A stretch of 36,323 bases of DNA from a virus (Duplodnaviria; Caudoviricetes), in IMG/VR virus record IMGVR_UViG_3300032332_000710, positions 1-36,323 of that record. One strand, 5' to 3'. Positions 10,277-19,997 of the stretch are shown piece by piece; the stretch's first letter is position 1, and each line of letters opens with the position of its first letter. The notes beneath the pieces were generated by a model. That model saw only the letters and a list, made by a program, of their open reading frames with translations. It did not search any database and was not told the DNA's origin. A program made the position numbers and the translations under genes.

Positions 10277-12019
10277 TTAACCTTCTTCATCTGGTACACG
10301 TCGCTGTGGAATCTTTGTTCCATAAGCGCGAGTGACTAGGTCCTCACGCAAATTTTGTGAACTCATTTGTTCAGCCATCTTGGCTTGCATAAGTTCTTCA
10401 TTAGGAGCGCCATCCTGAGGCGGAGCGCCTTCAACACCATCGCCCATTACGTCTCCGTCACCTAGCATTACTGGGTCCATAGGCATAGCGCTACCATCAG
10501 GACCCGGCATCATACCTGTAAGGTCCATAATTTCTTTCTGAATCATGGTCTGAACCATGGTCAGTGCGCCTTCAGCCTTAGCGTCTTCCATAATTTCCAT
10601 ACGGATTTCAGCCAACTTCTCTTCTGGGAACTCTTCACCAAGTTGACGAAGCGCACCCTCTTTAGACTCAAGGCCTAATCCCAACTTAGTTTGAATCTCA
10701 TTAAGAACAACAAGTTTGTCTAGCGGAAGTGGGGCAGGGAAAACGGTATGTGTTACATAAGTTATTGGGTCTTGAGGGTCCAACTTTGTTGATTGCTCAG
10801 GCTTGATAGGTCCATCAAGGTCTGGGTTGTAGATGAAAGTCTCAGGCTCTTTGAAGTAAAGGTTAAGAAGAACAAGTTCATTAATACGTTCAATACCCTT
10901 ACCGTACTGCGCAACCTTCTGAGAGTAACGGTTCATCAAAGGCTGGTACTGCATGCTCAAGGCAACGCCTGAAGTATTTGAGATAGCCTGAACTTCTCCA
11001 AGAGCCGTCTCTGGAATTCCCATAAGTTCGTGCATAGAGCGCTTAAGCATGTCTAGGTATGCCATAGCGCCTTGCAAGCCGCTGCTGCCGCCTTCAAGGT
11101 TAAACACTTGTGAGTCTTTAGGAAGACCGCCCCAAACCTTCTTAGGACCCTTCTCAAGGTTCGAAGCCTTAGCACCCACGATTACAGTAACTGGAGCAGC
11201 GTGGTAGTTGATGATGTCAACTACGTCTGTAGAAATTTCATTGTAAGTACGGTTAAGTGTGATGATATCTTGTGCGTCTGACAAACCCCAAGGACTTCCT
11301 GAAACAGGGATGTTAGGGATGTGTACGACAGGGATTACACCAAGTGGGTTAGGGCGTGAATCAATAAGTTCATCATTGATGTACTCTTCGATAATGTCGT
11401 CGGTCAGAATCTCAGTGTAGGTGTAGACCTGACGGGTCCCTTCTAGCGACGTGCCCCAGAAGCGGTACTTCAGTTTAAAACGAAGTAGGCGAGCCTTGTC
11501 GTGTGGGTGGAACTCTGGAAAGCAGAAAGAAGAGTTCAGTGGGAGGATACGAACACGCCCCGGATGAACACGACCTGCAGTATCTTGATAAGCCTCTTCG
11601 TAAGCGACTTTAACAAAGCAGTCACCTGAAACTGAGCCCTGCTGACCCATTTCAAGAAGAATGCCCATCTTGTCATTGTCAATCTCCCACACGCGCTGCA
11701 AGCGGTCAGGTACGATGGCTTCAGTAGCCTTGGCAGAGCGGAAATACACGCCTCTACCAAACGTAAAACGGTTTAGATAATCTACAAACGCACGGTAGTA
11801 ATTAACCGCTACTTGTGGCTCGCCCTGCTCACGACGGTACCCAAAGTGGTGACCTAGGTACATAGCCCAGTTAAGTGAATAACGGTTTAGACGAGGACCG
11901 TGAACCTCAAACTCTTCGTCCGCCAATTCCACAAGACCGAGTGGAGATACGGAGATAGTTAAGTCAGATGAAGCCGCCCGATAACTGGGAGGCGAAAAAT
12001 CAAGCCCTGCACCACTCAT
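10277..12019 (-). CDS. Portal protein (SPP1 gp6-like)
   Basis: 580 aa; NPLGVIPVVHIPN, WGLSD..DII.LN, NTSGVAL motifs; between terminase and scaffold. Confidence 0.9.
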   Translation of the reverse strand: MSGAGLDFSPPSYRAASSDLTISVSPLGLVELADEEFEVHGPRLNRYSLNWAMYLGHHFGYRREQGEPQVAVNYYRAFVDYLNRFTFGRGVYFRSAKATEAIVPDRLQRVWEIDNDKMGILLEMGQQGSVSGDCFVKVAYEEAYQDTAGRVHPGRVRILPLNSSFCFPEFHPHDKARLLRFKLKYRFWGTSLEGTRQVYTYTEILTDDIIEEYINDELIDSRPNPLGVIPVVHIPNIPVSGSPWGLSDAQDIITLNRTYNEISTDVVDIINYHAAPVTVIVGAKASNLEKGPKKVWGGLPKDSQVFNLEGGSSGLQGAMAYLDMLKRSMHELMGIPETALGEVQAISNTSGVALSMQYQPLMNRYSQKVAQYGKGIERINELVLLNLYFKEPETFIYNPDLDGPIKPEQSTKLDPQDPITYVTHTVFPAPLPLDKLVVLNEIQTKLGLGLESKEGALRQLGEEFPEEKLAEIRMEIMEDAKAEGALTMVQTMIQKEIMDLTGMMPGPDGSAMPMDPVMLGDGDVMGDGVEGAPPQDGAPNEELMQAKMAEQMSSQNLREDLVTRAYGTKIPQRRVPDEEG

Positions 12020-12022
12020 CGA

Positions 12023-12295
12023 TTAGTCCTTGTGCTTTTCATGTTTGCCCTCATGCTTCTTTTTATGTTCTTCATGCTTGTTTTTAGCATGCTCTTTTTT
12101 CTTACGTTCGAACTGTTTTGCCATTAACTCTTTGCGACGGGCTACTGTGCTACTGTCCATAAAACGCCCACCCTCTTGAACGTAATGTTCATGCACCCAG
12201 TGACTGGCTGCTGGTGAAGGGTACTTGGCAAACTTAGTCTTTGCTTGCATGACACATAGTTGCCACAATCGCATGTTTGTAGGTTCAGAAGCCAC
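12023..12295 (-). CDS. Small basic hypothetical protein with K/H-rich tail
   Basis: 90 aa, AAGGA RBS, GTG start. Confidence 0.7.
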   Translation of the reverse strand: MASEPTNMRLWQLCVMQAKTKFAKYPSPAASHWVHEHYVQEGGRFMDSSTVARRKELMAKQFERKKKEHAKNKHEEHKKKHEGKHEKHKD

Positions 12296-12314
12296 GTTTT
12301 TCCTTAAAGGCAGT

Positions 12315-12338
12315 CCCCCGGCTAATTAAAGCCGGGGG
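12315..12338 (-). terminator. GC-rich intergenic hairpin
   Basis: CCCCCGGCT-AATTAA-AGCCGGGGG; no good U-tract. Confidence 0.45.
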
Positions 12339-12351
12339 TTACACCTATTTA

Positions 12352-12750
12352 CTAGTCGTTAACGACAGTTGGGTTGAGGCGCGAAGTGCGTCCACCACTA
12401 CGTACAACAGTCTCGAAAGTCTGTGCTGCGTAGTCGTTGAACGAACCATGTGCGAACTCACCCAAGAAGGTCGGTGCTTCGATCCATGCAGCAGAACCTA
12501 CGTGAGCACGCTCGCTGAGGGTTTCCTCAGCAGGCTTTTCAAATACGTTTGCGTTATGGTTCGAACGACCCGGTGCTGTTACAGTGCCCTGAGACATACC
12601 CTTGACAAAGTCATTTGGTACGTCAGTGTCTGTAGCAATGCCTTCTTCAAAACGAAGAGGGCCACGGTTACCTGCAAATCCGTCAGCGCCCTTACGCTCA
12701 AAAACTTGAGGGGCACGTTCAGGAAATTGTGGATCGGGTGCGATACCCAT
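12352..12750 (-). CDS. Hypothetical protein in the head module
   Basis: 132 aa with AAGGAG RBS, between terminase and portal. Confidence 0.75.
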   Translation of the reverse strand: MGIAPDPQFPERAPQVFERKGADGFAGNRGPLRFEEGIATDTDVPNDFVKGMSQGTVTAPGRSNHNANVFEKPAEETLSERAHVGSAAWIEAPTFLGEFAHGSFNDYAAQTFETVVRSGGRTSRLNPTVVND

Positions 12751-12826
12751 ACTAACTCCTTAAGGTTGTTGGAAAGGCCATTCCAATAACAAGTTTCTTT
12801 CGTTATTGCCTCTGTGTCAGCGTTAA

Positions 12827-14407
12827 CTAAAAGAAAATGTTGCTACTCACTTCTAGAGTAGGCATTACAAGGTCTTTAGTCAGAGAACAAGCAATAGATA
12901 AAGAGTCAACGTAGTCGTCATGCGCGTGGGCTTCATTAGGTGCGGCTACTAAGAAGTTAGCGCCTCTGTACTGAATCTCAGCATCTGTCATCTGCTGTAC
13001 GAAGCGTTTGTAGGCTTTCAATTCCTTAGTCTTTGAGTGAGATGGGAATCCCAACATTTGACGCTGAATAAGTGCTTGTAGATGCTTGTAGCGAGAAGAC
13101 TGTTCAGTAGGGCTAGATGTTACAGGGATTACCTGTGCGCGTGGCATTAGTAGTTTTAGGCGCTGGGCTACAGCGTCACCTACACCGTTAGCGTCCACTC
13201 CTACTGCGAGTACATCGTAGTTAGAGAGGAAGTTTACAATCTGGAAGTACTGCTCTTCCCAATCATCGCCTTGAATTTCAAGCCAGTTCAGGATTCGATG
13301 CTCAAAGTAGCCGAACTCATCAGGCCGGTCCCAATCAACCCAGACTACTGTGACTACAGTGCTGTCCATCTTTCGAGCAGGGTCAACACCGACAACCACA
13401 GGAGTTTGGTGCCATACCTTAACAGTCTGTTGTGATGTATCTCCAAGTTCTTCCAAAGCACTTTGAGTAACAAACATGCCTCGTTCAAGGATCCACTTGC
13501 AGTTGTACGACATCTGGAACTCGTCAGAATCTTCGCCAATACGTAGTTTTTCTCGGTCAATGTGGGTTTTGTATTTAGGGTTGACTTTAGTCACATCTCT
13601 CCAGTCCCACTGGAAGTGGTTCTGACGCTTTCCACGCTTTGTCTGTTCGCGTTTGTTCATTTGGATTGACTTGTAGAAGTTGTTCTTGTTTGTGGTAGGC
13701 GTACCAGTTTTAACCATGGTACCTGCGTAGTACGCCAACATCGGAACAATGGACTTGGTAACCACAAAGTCATCGGCTTCTTGACACTCATCAATGATGA
13801 TGATGTGGAAGGACTTAGACTCAATCTTGGCTCGTGGGTTGGCGGTCATCATCGTAAGGGTAGAGCCGGAGCGCTTCATCTTAATAGACCGAGTTACGCC
13901 ACTCTGCTTCTTGGCTTGGTCGTCAATCTCAGGGTCGCCCAAGATTTCCAACGCACGCTCAGATGTGAGGCGGGTAACTGTACGCCCGAACAGGGTTTCT
14001 ACCTGACCCTCAACAGGGGCAAACATACCTACCCAAATACCGTCTTTGAAACGACCAAGTAGGTCCGGGTAAATCTTGGCAAGGAGTGGGAACAGAACCA
14101 TAATTGTGGCTACTGTATTAGCAATGGTTTCTGACTTACCAGACTGACGTGCAGCAAGGGCTGTGATTTCTGAGCCATCGTTAACAATCAAGGACTCAAT
14201 GATTCTACGAGCCAGTGGTTCTTGGTAAGGGTGAAGTGGATGCCCAACAAGGACTTCCATAAACTTCATGACTCGGTCTATGAGTTTGCTAACAAACTCT
14301 TTAGACAGTTCATTTTCTTCGGGCTCTTCTTCAAAACCTTCGGGGTCACCAAACCCCCCTTCGTCATAAAACTCGGGGGTAATTTCTTCAAACTGATCGT
14401 TTTCCAT
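12827..14407 (-). CDS. terL: Terminase large subunit
   Basis: Walker A AARQSGKS, Walker B IIIIDECQ, nuclease motifs VGVDPA and HDDYVDS; start placed at ATG 14407 (MENDQF). Confidence 0.93.
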   Translation of the reverse strand: MENDQFEEITPEFYDEGGFGDPEGFEEEPEENELSKEFVSKLIDRVMKFMEVLVGHPLHPYQEPLARRIIESLIVNDGSEITALAARQSGKSETIANTVATIMVLFPLLAKIYPDLLGRFKDGIWVGMFAPVEGQVETLFGRTVTRLTSERALEILGDPEIDDQAKKQSGVTRSIKMKRSGSTLTMMTANPRAKIESKSFHIIIIDECQEADDFVVTKSIVPMLAYYAGTMVKTGTPTTNKNNFYKSIQMNKREQTKRGKRQNHFQWDWRDVTKVNPKYKTHIDREKLRIGEDSDEFQMSYNCKWILERGMFVTQSALEELGDTSQQTVKVWHQTPVVVGVDPARKMDSTVVTVVWVDWDRPDEFGYFEHRILNWLEIQGDDWEEQYFQIVNFLSNYDVLAVGVDANGVGDAVAQRLKLLMPRAQVIPVTSSPTEQSSRYKHLQALIQRQMLGFPSHSKTKELKAYKRFVQQMTDAEIQYRGANFLVAAPNEAHAHDDYVDSLSIACSLTKDLVMPTLEVSSNIFF

Positions 14408-14468
14408 GTAAGCCACACATCTAGTAAACACAAAGACCACCTAAAGAGGTGGCCAAAGTGCAAACTTA

Positions 14469-14687
14469 TTAGTGCCTACGTTTGAGTTCTTTCATAATGG
14501 CATGTAGCGCTTCAGTGCCTAATAAAGTCTCATCCAATACAAATACGTCATGATGTCGGATGTAGTCTGTAAGATTACGACCAATTGTGTAAAGGGCTTG
14601 CTCAGACCATTGGATTAAATCTGGTGTGGAAAGTTTTTCAACACGTTTTTCAATCTTGGTCTTTTCTTTAGGCGTTCTCTTTAGCAT
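14469..14687 (-). CDS. Hypothetical protein
   Basis: 72 aa helical ORF overlapping the upstream gene end. Confidence 0.65.
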   Translation of the reverse strand: MLKRTPKEKTKIEKRVEKLSTPDLIQWSEQALYTIGRNLTDYIRHHDVFVLDETLLGTEALHAIMKELKRRH

Positions 14688-14946
14688 CTTCCAGTTCCTC
14701 CAACGACATTAGCGTACCCATCATCGCTGTAGTAAGTGCTTCAGTCTCATCGACCACGCCTGTCCACATGCCTAGTACAAATGCTTTCATCTTCCAAAAG
14801 TGTACGACTACACTTTTACCGACTCTAAAAGGTTCTTCAATTTCTGAAGTATGTCCTACTTGAAAAAAAGTTTTAAATGACCACTTAATTGGGTATGGGA
14901 TTACTTGTGCGTAAAAGCGTGGTCCGATGTTGTATACCTTAGGCAT
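14668..14946 (-). CDS. Hypothetical protein
   Basis: Start at ATG 14946 (MPKVYNIG) after AGGAG, just past the upstream stop. Confidence 0.65.
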   Translation of the reverse strand: MPKVYNIGPRFYAQVIPYPIKWSFKTFFQVGHTSEIEEPFRVGKSVVVHFWKMKAFVLGMWTGVVDETEALTTAMMGTLMSLEELEDAKENA

Positions 14947-14953
14947 TATGCTC

Positions 14954-15694
14954 CTATTTTCTCTTCCTACCATTTTTTGGATAAGGAAGTTTACCATTGC
15001 GGTTAATCTGTTGCCAAGGACGGTAAGCCGTCTTAGCACGGTTGCTACGAACAATCTGACTTGTGCGGGTGATGCGGTACAACGACTCTTTAGCGTAGTC
15101 AGGAAGGTTTGATACGTCAGCGTAGCCTCGTGGATGCGCGTCAAGTTCTTCTGCAATGTAGCGGCCTTTTGACTTACGAGACTTAAACATCTGCCATTGG
15201 TTCGGAGTAACATCATAGTAATTGTAGTAAGTACCGTCTCTAAATACGACTGTCAGTAATTGGCGCTTACGGTCATACCCTGCGGCTACTGTGCGTGGGC
15301 GCTCAGGGTTGATGGTAGACGTAGGCACAAGGGTCAAAGGTGCTGGTGTAGCACGGTTTGCTCGCCAATCCTTACCTGTGTACCCCATAGGGGTACCCCC
15401 ACGACTAGGGTCAAAGTTGTAACGAGAAGGGTCATAAAAGCCCATAGATTCTTCGTCATCTTCAAAGATTGAAATGGCTTCGTAAAACTCACCCGCAGAA
15501 GCAGCGGTAGGAAGACTTGCCAAAGGAGACACGAGGCCCTTAGTCCTTTGCTTACCCATCTGACGATAGGCGCCAACTACTTCCTCATCACTAAGACCAT
15601 AGTAACTTACACGAGCATCGGTAGATAACTGAGCAAGCATTTCTTCTGGATTAGGAACACCGTTCCCACTTGCTCCTGAACCTACTCTTGCCAT
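14954..15694 (-). CDS. KTSC-domain protein
   Basis: AAGYDRKRQLLTVVFRDGTYYNYYDV...W..F..RKSKGRYI matches the KTSC pattern. Confidence 0.8.
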   Translation of the reverse strand: MARVGSGASGNGVPNPEEMLAQLSTDARVSYYGLSDEEVVGAYRQMGKQRTKGLVSPLASLPTAASAGEFYEAISIFEDDEESMGFYDPSRYNFDPSRGGTPMGYTGKDWRANRATPAPLTLVPTSTINPERPRTVAAGYDRKRQLLTVVFRDGTYYNYYDVTPNQWQMFKSRKSKGRYIAEELDAHPRGYADVSNLPDYAKESLYRITRTSQIVRSNRAKTAYRPWQQINRNGKLPYPKNGRKRK

Positions 15695-15702
15695 GGTTAC
15701 CT

Positions 15703-15933
15703 CTATTCGTACTCACACCTGTGAGAATCTAACTGGTCTTCTCTTACTACATCTCCACAATACTTGCACAAAAACATTTTGACATCATCAAATGCCTCTG
15801 GAAGGCTCTCAGGGGCGTCGCCATAGTCAACTACTGGTCGTGCATACAACTCTGGAGGAAAAGGCCCCCTAGGCGCTTGAGCGGTACGGGGAACAGCATG
15901 CCCTTGTACGGCATACTTCCTAATTAGTTTCAT
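15703..15933 (-). CDS. Hypothetical protein with C-terminal Zn finger
   Basis: CKYC...HRC. Confidence 0.65.
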   Translation of the reverse strand: MKLIRKYAVQGHAVPRTAQAPRGPFPPELYARPVVDYGDAPESLPEAFDDVKMFLCKYCGDVVREDQLDSHRCEYE

Positions 15934-16205
15934 GATTGAGTTTTTGTTGTCTTAGCCTTTGTAGTTGGGGCAACAGCAGGTTCTTCTTCAACAGGTGCTT
16001 CCTCAACTACGGTTTCCTCAACTACTGGCTCTTCAACAGGAGCAGGAGCCTGTAGGGCTTCCCACTCCGGAACCAACTTAAGGGCACCACCATCACGGTG
16101 CGCATGCAAGAAACGAGGAAGGTCAGAGTCGCAGTACACCAAGGCTTGGTTTGCTGAGATTTCATACACGTAGACCGCTTGCTGGTCACAGTTAACACAC
16201 TTCAC
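15930..16205 (-). CDS. Hypothetical protein, Cys N-terminus and acidic/Pro tail
   Basis: CVNC...YC; AAGGAG RBS; ATGA overlap with next gene. Confidence 0.7.
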   Translation of the reverse strand: MKCVNCDQQAVYVYEISANQALVYCDSDLPRFLHAHRDGGALKLVPEWEALQAPAPVEEPVVEETVVEEAPVEEEPAVAPTTKAKTTKTQS

Positions 16206-16250
16206 TATTTTAACTCCTTAAAAATGTCGTAACCCTAGGGTAACTTAGAT

Positions 16251-16682
16251 TTACTTAATACTTGACCTAAGTTGCCAAGACCATTTCTGATGCATGTCAA
16301 TGCGTTCTGCAATAAAGTTAGCAATTCCCTGTTCATCAGAGTCATTAGCAACATTAAACACGGCTTTTAGTTCTTTTACTAAGTCTTCGTTTGCAGACAG
16401 TAAATCTTCTGCCATTGCCTTTGGGTTCGGCGCAACTCGGCTATCTGTGAGTGTTGAGGACTTAATGAAACTATCTAGTTTGAAAGGTGCGTACTCTCCA
16501 AGTTTGCGGATGTTTTCTGCAATTGGGTCAACGCTAGAGTAAGTATCTTCGTAGATGTCTTCAAAAAGACCATGGTACTGAGAAAAGTCAGGCCCTTCTA
16601 CATTCCAGTGATACCCATGGGCACGGAAGTAAAACACTACTACGTTAGAAAGTAGGTTAGAAAGGCTACTGGTTAACTCCAT
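16251..16682 (-). CDS. dps: Dps/ferritin-like DNA protection protein
   Basis: HWNVEGPDFSQYHGLFEDIY, VDPIAENIRKLG, HQKWSWQLRS signatures; start at ATG 16682. Confidence 0.92.
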   Translation of the reverse strand: MELTSSLSNLLSNVVVFYFRAHGYHWNVEGPDFSQYHGLFEDIYEDTYSSVDPIAENIRKLGEYAPFKLDSFIKSSTLTDSRVAPNPKAMAEDLLSANEDLVKELKAVFNVANDSDEQGIANFIAERIDMHQKWSWQLRSSIK

Positions 16683-16951
16683 TACCATTTAACCTTATCT
16701 GCCCAATAGGCAGCAGACATCTTGCCTTTGTCAATGTTTGCTTTATGACGTGCCTTGAAAGCGTCATTACGAGCCGAACCATCAGGAGAGCCCTTAACAC
16801 CCTGCTGACCAAAACGAATAGTCTTAATCTGGTCGCCCACTTTAGCCACTACGATGTGCGACTTAGTAGGGTGGTCTGGAGTAGCCTTCGGCTTGTTGTA
16901 ACCTGATACTCCCGCACGCGCTAGACGTGGATCTTTTTTACTTGGTGCCAT
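16682..16951 (-). CDS. Small basic phage protein
   Basis: KSHIVVAK.GDQIKTIRFGQQG...FKARH...SAAYWADKVKW. Confidence 0.75.
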   Translation of the reverse strand: MAPSKKDPRLARAGVSGYNKPKATPDHPTKSHIVVAKVGDQIKTIRFGQQGVKGSPDGSARNDAFKARHKANIDKGKMSAAYWADKVKW

Positions 16952-17115
16952 TATTTTCCCTTTTTCTTTTTAGCGGCGTTCATGTTGTCTACCAAATTAG
17001 GATAACGACGCCCAGCAGCCTTTGCCTTTGCTTCAGCAGACGCCTTTTGCTTATCCGTAAGTTTTTTGTCTTTTTTAGTAGGGTCCGGTTTATTCCATAC
17101 TGCTTTTTTTGCCAT
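16951..17115 (-). CDS. Small Lys/Ala-rich protein (54 aa)
   Basis: Below ORF-track cutoff: MAKKAVWNKPDP...AKAAGRRYPNLVDNMNAAKKKKGK; TAATG overlaps on both sides. Confidence 0.75.
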   Translation of the reverse strand: MAKKAVWNKPDPTKKDKKLTDKQKASAEAKAKAAGRRYPNLVDNMNAAKKKKGK

Positions 17116-17372
17116 TATTGTTCCTTTTTTAAGGCTGTTACTGCAGCCACGACTTCAGGGGCGTACTTAGTACTCTCAGGGTGCGCTACTGCTTTGTTTA
17201 ACTGGTCAAAGTATACGTGTGAAGGTAAGCCAAATGTGCTGTTAATCTCATGGTCTCTTTCATAGAGAGTATCAAAAGGTTTACGAGCAAAATCCAGCAC
17301 ACTTTTTTGGTGCTCAGAAAGAGAAGGGACTGTGTCCATTATCCCTTCATTAAGCGAATCATTCCTAGACAT
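17115..17372 (-). CDS. DUF3263-like protein (divergent copy)
   Basis: LSEHQKSVLDFA...I...FGL....YF..LN....HPE...YAPEVV aligns by eye with 19666-19959. Confidence 0.7.
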   Translation of the reverse strand: MSRNDSLNEGIMDTVPSLSEHQKSVLDFARKPFDTLYERDHEINSTFGLPSHVYFDQLNKAVAHPESTKYAPEVVAAVTALKKEQ

Positions 17373-17374
17373 AG

Positions 17375-18109
17375 TTACGGCTTAGGACGTGGCTTAGGTG
17401 CGGTTTTTTTAGCAGGTGGCTTTGTTGTTGTTTTCTTAGCCGGAGGCTTAGGAGTAGCCGCTCCCTTAGAGATGGTTGTACTAGTGCCCTTAGGACCAGT
17501 AGTAGTAATACTACTTCCTGCAGTCATTCTAGTCATAGTCTTTGGAGCCTGACGCTCTGCTTCAAGCCTCTGAGTATGCTCTTGAGCCGACTCTGCCAAC
17601 GTCTCTTGGTGCGTCTGTTGCTGTGTCTTTCGACTTTGCTTTGATGCCTTCTTGTTCTTACGAATCTCATTGTCGGTCTCAACAGTGTGTGCTGCAGCCT
17701 CGCCTCTACGTGCAGCGCGTTCCCGACTCCCTTCAGCACGAATACGGGCTACTTCATTAGTTCCACGTAGCCCTTCCATAGTTTCTAGGTGAGTACGCTC
17801 AAAAGCATTTTCACCAGCCTGATGAGCAGCCATTGTGTCTTGAAGAGTTTGCGTTGCCGCATGGCTCTTGGCACTCTCATTAGCATCGTGAAAGTGCTGC
17901 ATACGGGTAAGGTTTTCCATGTTGGTGTGCCCTTGAGCACCTTCAGCCAAAGCGTGCTCATGAAGTTTATCAAGAATAGCCATAGCGTTTTCATGGCTTT
18001 GGTCGTTTAAACGAGTTGTTTGACGAAAACTAAACCCACGGGCTCCTCCACCAAAAGAAGGTAAAGACCCACCAAATTGAGAGTTGAATGGACTAAAAGT
18101 ACTACTCAT
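17375..18109 (-). CDS. Hypothetical low-complexity protein with His-rich helices and K/P tail
   Basis: 244 aa ORF in operon context. Confidence 0.7.
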   Translation of the reverse strand: MSSTFSPFNSQFGGSLPSFGGGARGFSFRQTTRLNDQSHENAMAILDKLHEHALAEGAQGHTNMENLTRMQHFHDANESAKSHAATQTLQDTMAAHQAGENAFERTHLETMEGLRGTNEVARIRAEGSRERAARRGEAAAHTVETDNEIRKNKKASKQSRKTQQQTHQETLAESAQEHTQRLEAERQAPKTMTRMTAGSSITTTGPKGTSTTISKGAATPKPPAKKTTTKPPAKKTAPKPRPKP

Positions 18110-18486
18110 TAAATTACCTTCTTTAGGTTCGGTTCATCATTAAGTTTATTTAAAATATGCGTTTGTGTATTGGCTATTTCAGATACTGCTTTTGCTAATG
18201 TTTCAAAGTTAGTTTCTAGACGTACAACTGCGTCTTTCAAAGAAGACCCCCCATTGTGGCGAAGTTCGCCATCAAGGTCGTTTAATCTTTCCATAACTCC
18301 CGGAACCGCATCCCTACCGGGTTCGGCGGGTTCACCGTCCCAGTCTCGTCTGAATTTATCAATCCAAATGTTTAGACTTTTTACGTACTTGCGATAAGGT
18401 AAAAGAAAACTTCTAACAGTTACCAATGCGCCTAATACAACGCCTACTACTGAAATACCAGTCAGAATTTGTTCTGAAGAACCCAT
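18109..18486 (-). CDS. Membrane protein of the actinophage lysis-cassette type
   Basis: N-terminal TM helix; DWDGEPA.PGR..VPGVMERL...ELRHNGGSSLKD. Confidence 0.7.
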   Translation of the reverse strand: MGSSEQILTGISVVGVVLGALVTVRSFLLPYRKYVKSLNIWIDKFRRDWDGEPAEPGRDAVPGVMERLNDLDGELRHNGGSSLKDAVVRLETNFETLAKAVSEIANTQTHILNKLNDEPNLKKVI

Positions 18487-18509
18487 GTTATAAACCCGTT
18501 ACCCTGCCA

Positions 18510-18755
18510 TTAATCCTGAGTATCAGCATTCTTAGAACCAACGCCGTACTTACGAGAAAGTGGAGTTAACCATAAGGTACCCACCACAGCAACTGCGGAT
18601 ACAGCGCCAGCATTAAGTGCCGCAATACTTGTTGACTTCCAGTCAACTGCAGTAACGCCGTTTGCTTTTGTGACCGCTGAAACAACTGCAAACCCTGCTC
18701 CTGTAAGGAAAGAGTAGACTGCGTGACGCAAAGGGTAAGGGAGTTTGTCTAGCAT
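18510..18755 (-). CDS. Putative holin
   Basis: 81 aa, two hydrophobic segments, basic C-terminal part, AAGGAG RBS. Confidence 0.6.
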   Translation of the reverse strand: MLDKLPYPLRHAVYSFLTGAGFAVVSAVTKANGVTAVDWKSTSIAALNAGAVSAVAVVGTLWLTPLSRKYGVGSKNADTQD

Positions 18756-18915
18756 GTGGTCTCCTTAAGAACATCCTCCCTATTATGGTGCTCCATTTGC
18801 TGTTTATTTTCTCTGTAAACTATTGCTATTTAGGATTTGCAATAATCTTATTAAGCAAGTACTATTTATTTAACTTTAGAAGCACTAGCATGTCCCTGCA
18901 GTCCTCTCACTAAAG

Positions 18916-18948
18916 ACAAAAGAGCCCCCATTACGGGGGCTCTTCTGT
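18916..18948. terminator. Bidirectional intrinsic terminator
   Basis: AAGAGCCCCC-ATTAC-GGGGGCTCTT with A- and T-rich flanks. Confidence 0.8.
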
Positions 18949-18966
18949 TTGTGAAAGAGTAGGCGG

Positions 18967-19620
18967 TTATGCCCAAGGCGTAATTGTAATTGCAGTTCCC
19001 GGAGCAATGTTGTCTGCACCAGCAGCAATGCTCTGAGTCTTGATAGTACCAGTAGTACCAGTTAGACCAGCAACGCTAAGACCCGTTGTAGACAACGCGC
19101 CTGAAGTTGTGGTTTCAAAGGTGATGGTATTGGTAGCACTAGTTGTAACTGTCCAAGTACCGTTAAGTGCGGTATTAGGAGATACAAGCGATGCAATTGT
19201 TACCTTAGTACCTACAGGGTACTTAGCGCCTGCGCCCGTTGACGTCACTGTAGCAGTGGTGCCTGTGCGAGATACTGCCGTGATAGTTGCAGCAGAGTTA
19301 GTCGCTGCAGTTGCAACTGTAACGGTGCCAAGAGCAGCATCGCCAAGATTGTCACTTGCAAGAGCAGTAGTAAGACCAAGTACGTTAGGTACAAGTACAT
19401 AGTCAGTTGGGCCTGCTACATCTTCACCTGTAGTATTTGGGGTGTACTGTGGGTAACCATTCCAGCCAGATACTGCAGTAATGTGGTTGTCAAGAGTTAC
19501 ATCAAGACGCTTCGTGTTATCACGCTCGTCATTTGGTTGCATAGGGAGGTTTCCCCATACGAAGTCAACTGCGACAGCACCGGAACTGTCAACAATGTGT
19601 CCATCGTCATTTGTTGCCAT
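18967..19620 (-). CDS. Probable virion decoration/structural protein with split PASTA-like motif
   Basis: VPNVLGLT..LA...L at the start and GTI..QS..AG.....GT.ITIT at the end, around a T-rich beta insert; start at ATG 19620. Confidence 0.6.
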   Translation of the reverse strand: MATNDDGHIVDSSGAVAVDFVWGNLPMQPNDERDNTKRLDVTLDNHITAVSGWNGYPQYTPNTTGEDVAGPTDYVLVPNVLGLTTALASDNLGDAALGTVTVATAATNSAATITAVSRTGTTATVTSTGAGAKYPVGTKVTIASLVSPNTALNGTWTVTTSATNTITFETTTSGALSTTGLSVAGLTGTTGTIKTQSIAAGADNIAPGTAITITPWA

Positions 19621-19665
19621 TAAATTTCCTTCCAGAAGGTAAGTAACTAGCACGTCTACTAGTAA

Positions 19666-19959
19666 TTAAAGTGTAATGCCTTTTTGCTTTGCGCTACGGT
19701 TAACTCGCTTTTTATCTCTAATTCTTGAAAGTCGGTTAATAAGTTGAGGATTATGTTCCAAAGCAGCGGGATGGTCTATCAAACTATTGATAACTTGGTG
19801 GTACCGAATTGATGTCATGTTGAACTTTTGGCGAATCAGGTCTTCCTTACGCCCATGAGGCATGCCCGCGGCAGTGGCTTCAAAGTCAAGCATTGCTCTA
19901 TGGTCATCAGTAAACGCTGCGTTATCTTTACCAACAGCAAACTCTTCAGGGCGAGACAT
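19666..19959 (-). CDS. DUF3263 family protein
   Basis: MLDFE......GRKEDLIRQKFNMTSIRYHQVINSLIDHPAALEHNPQLINRLSRIR; leaderless start TAGACT-N6-ATG. Confidence 0.88.
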   Translation of the reverse strand: MSRPEEFAVGKDNAAFTDDHRAMLDFEATAAGMPHGRKEDLIRQKFNMTSIRYHQVINSLIDHPAALEHNPQLINRLSRIRDKKRVNRSAKQKGITL

Positions 19960-19997
19960 ACGTCAAGTCTACTTGAGTACTCTGACGTTTAGTATGT

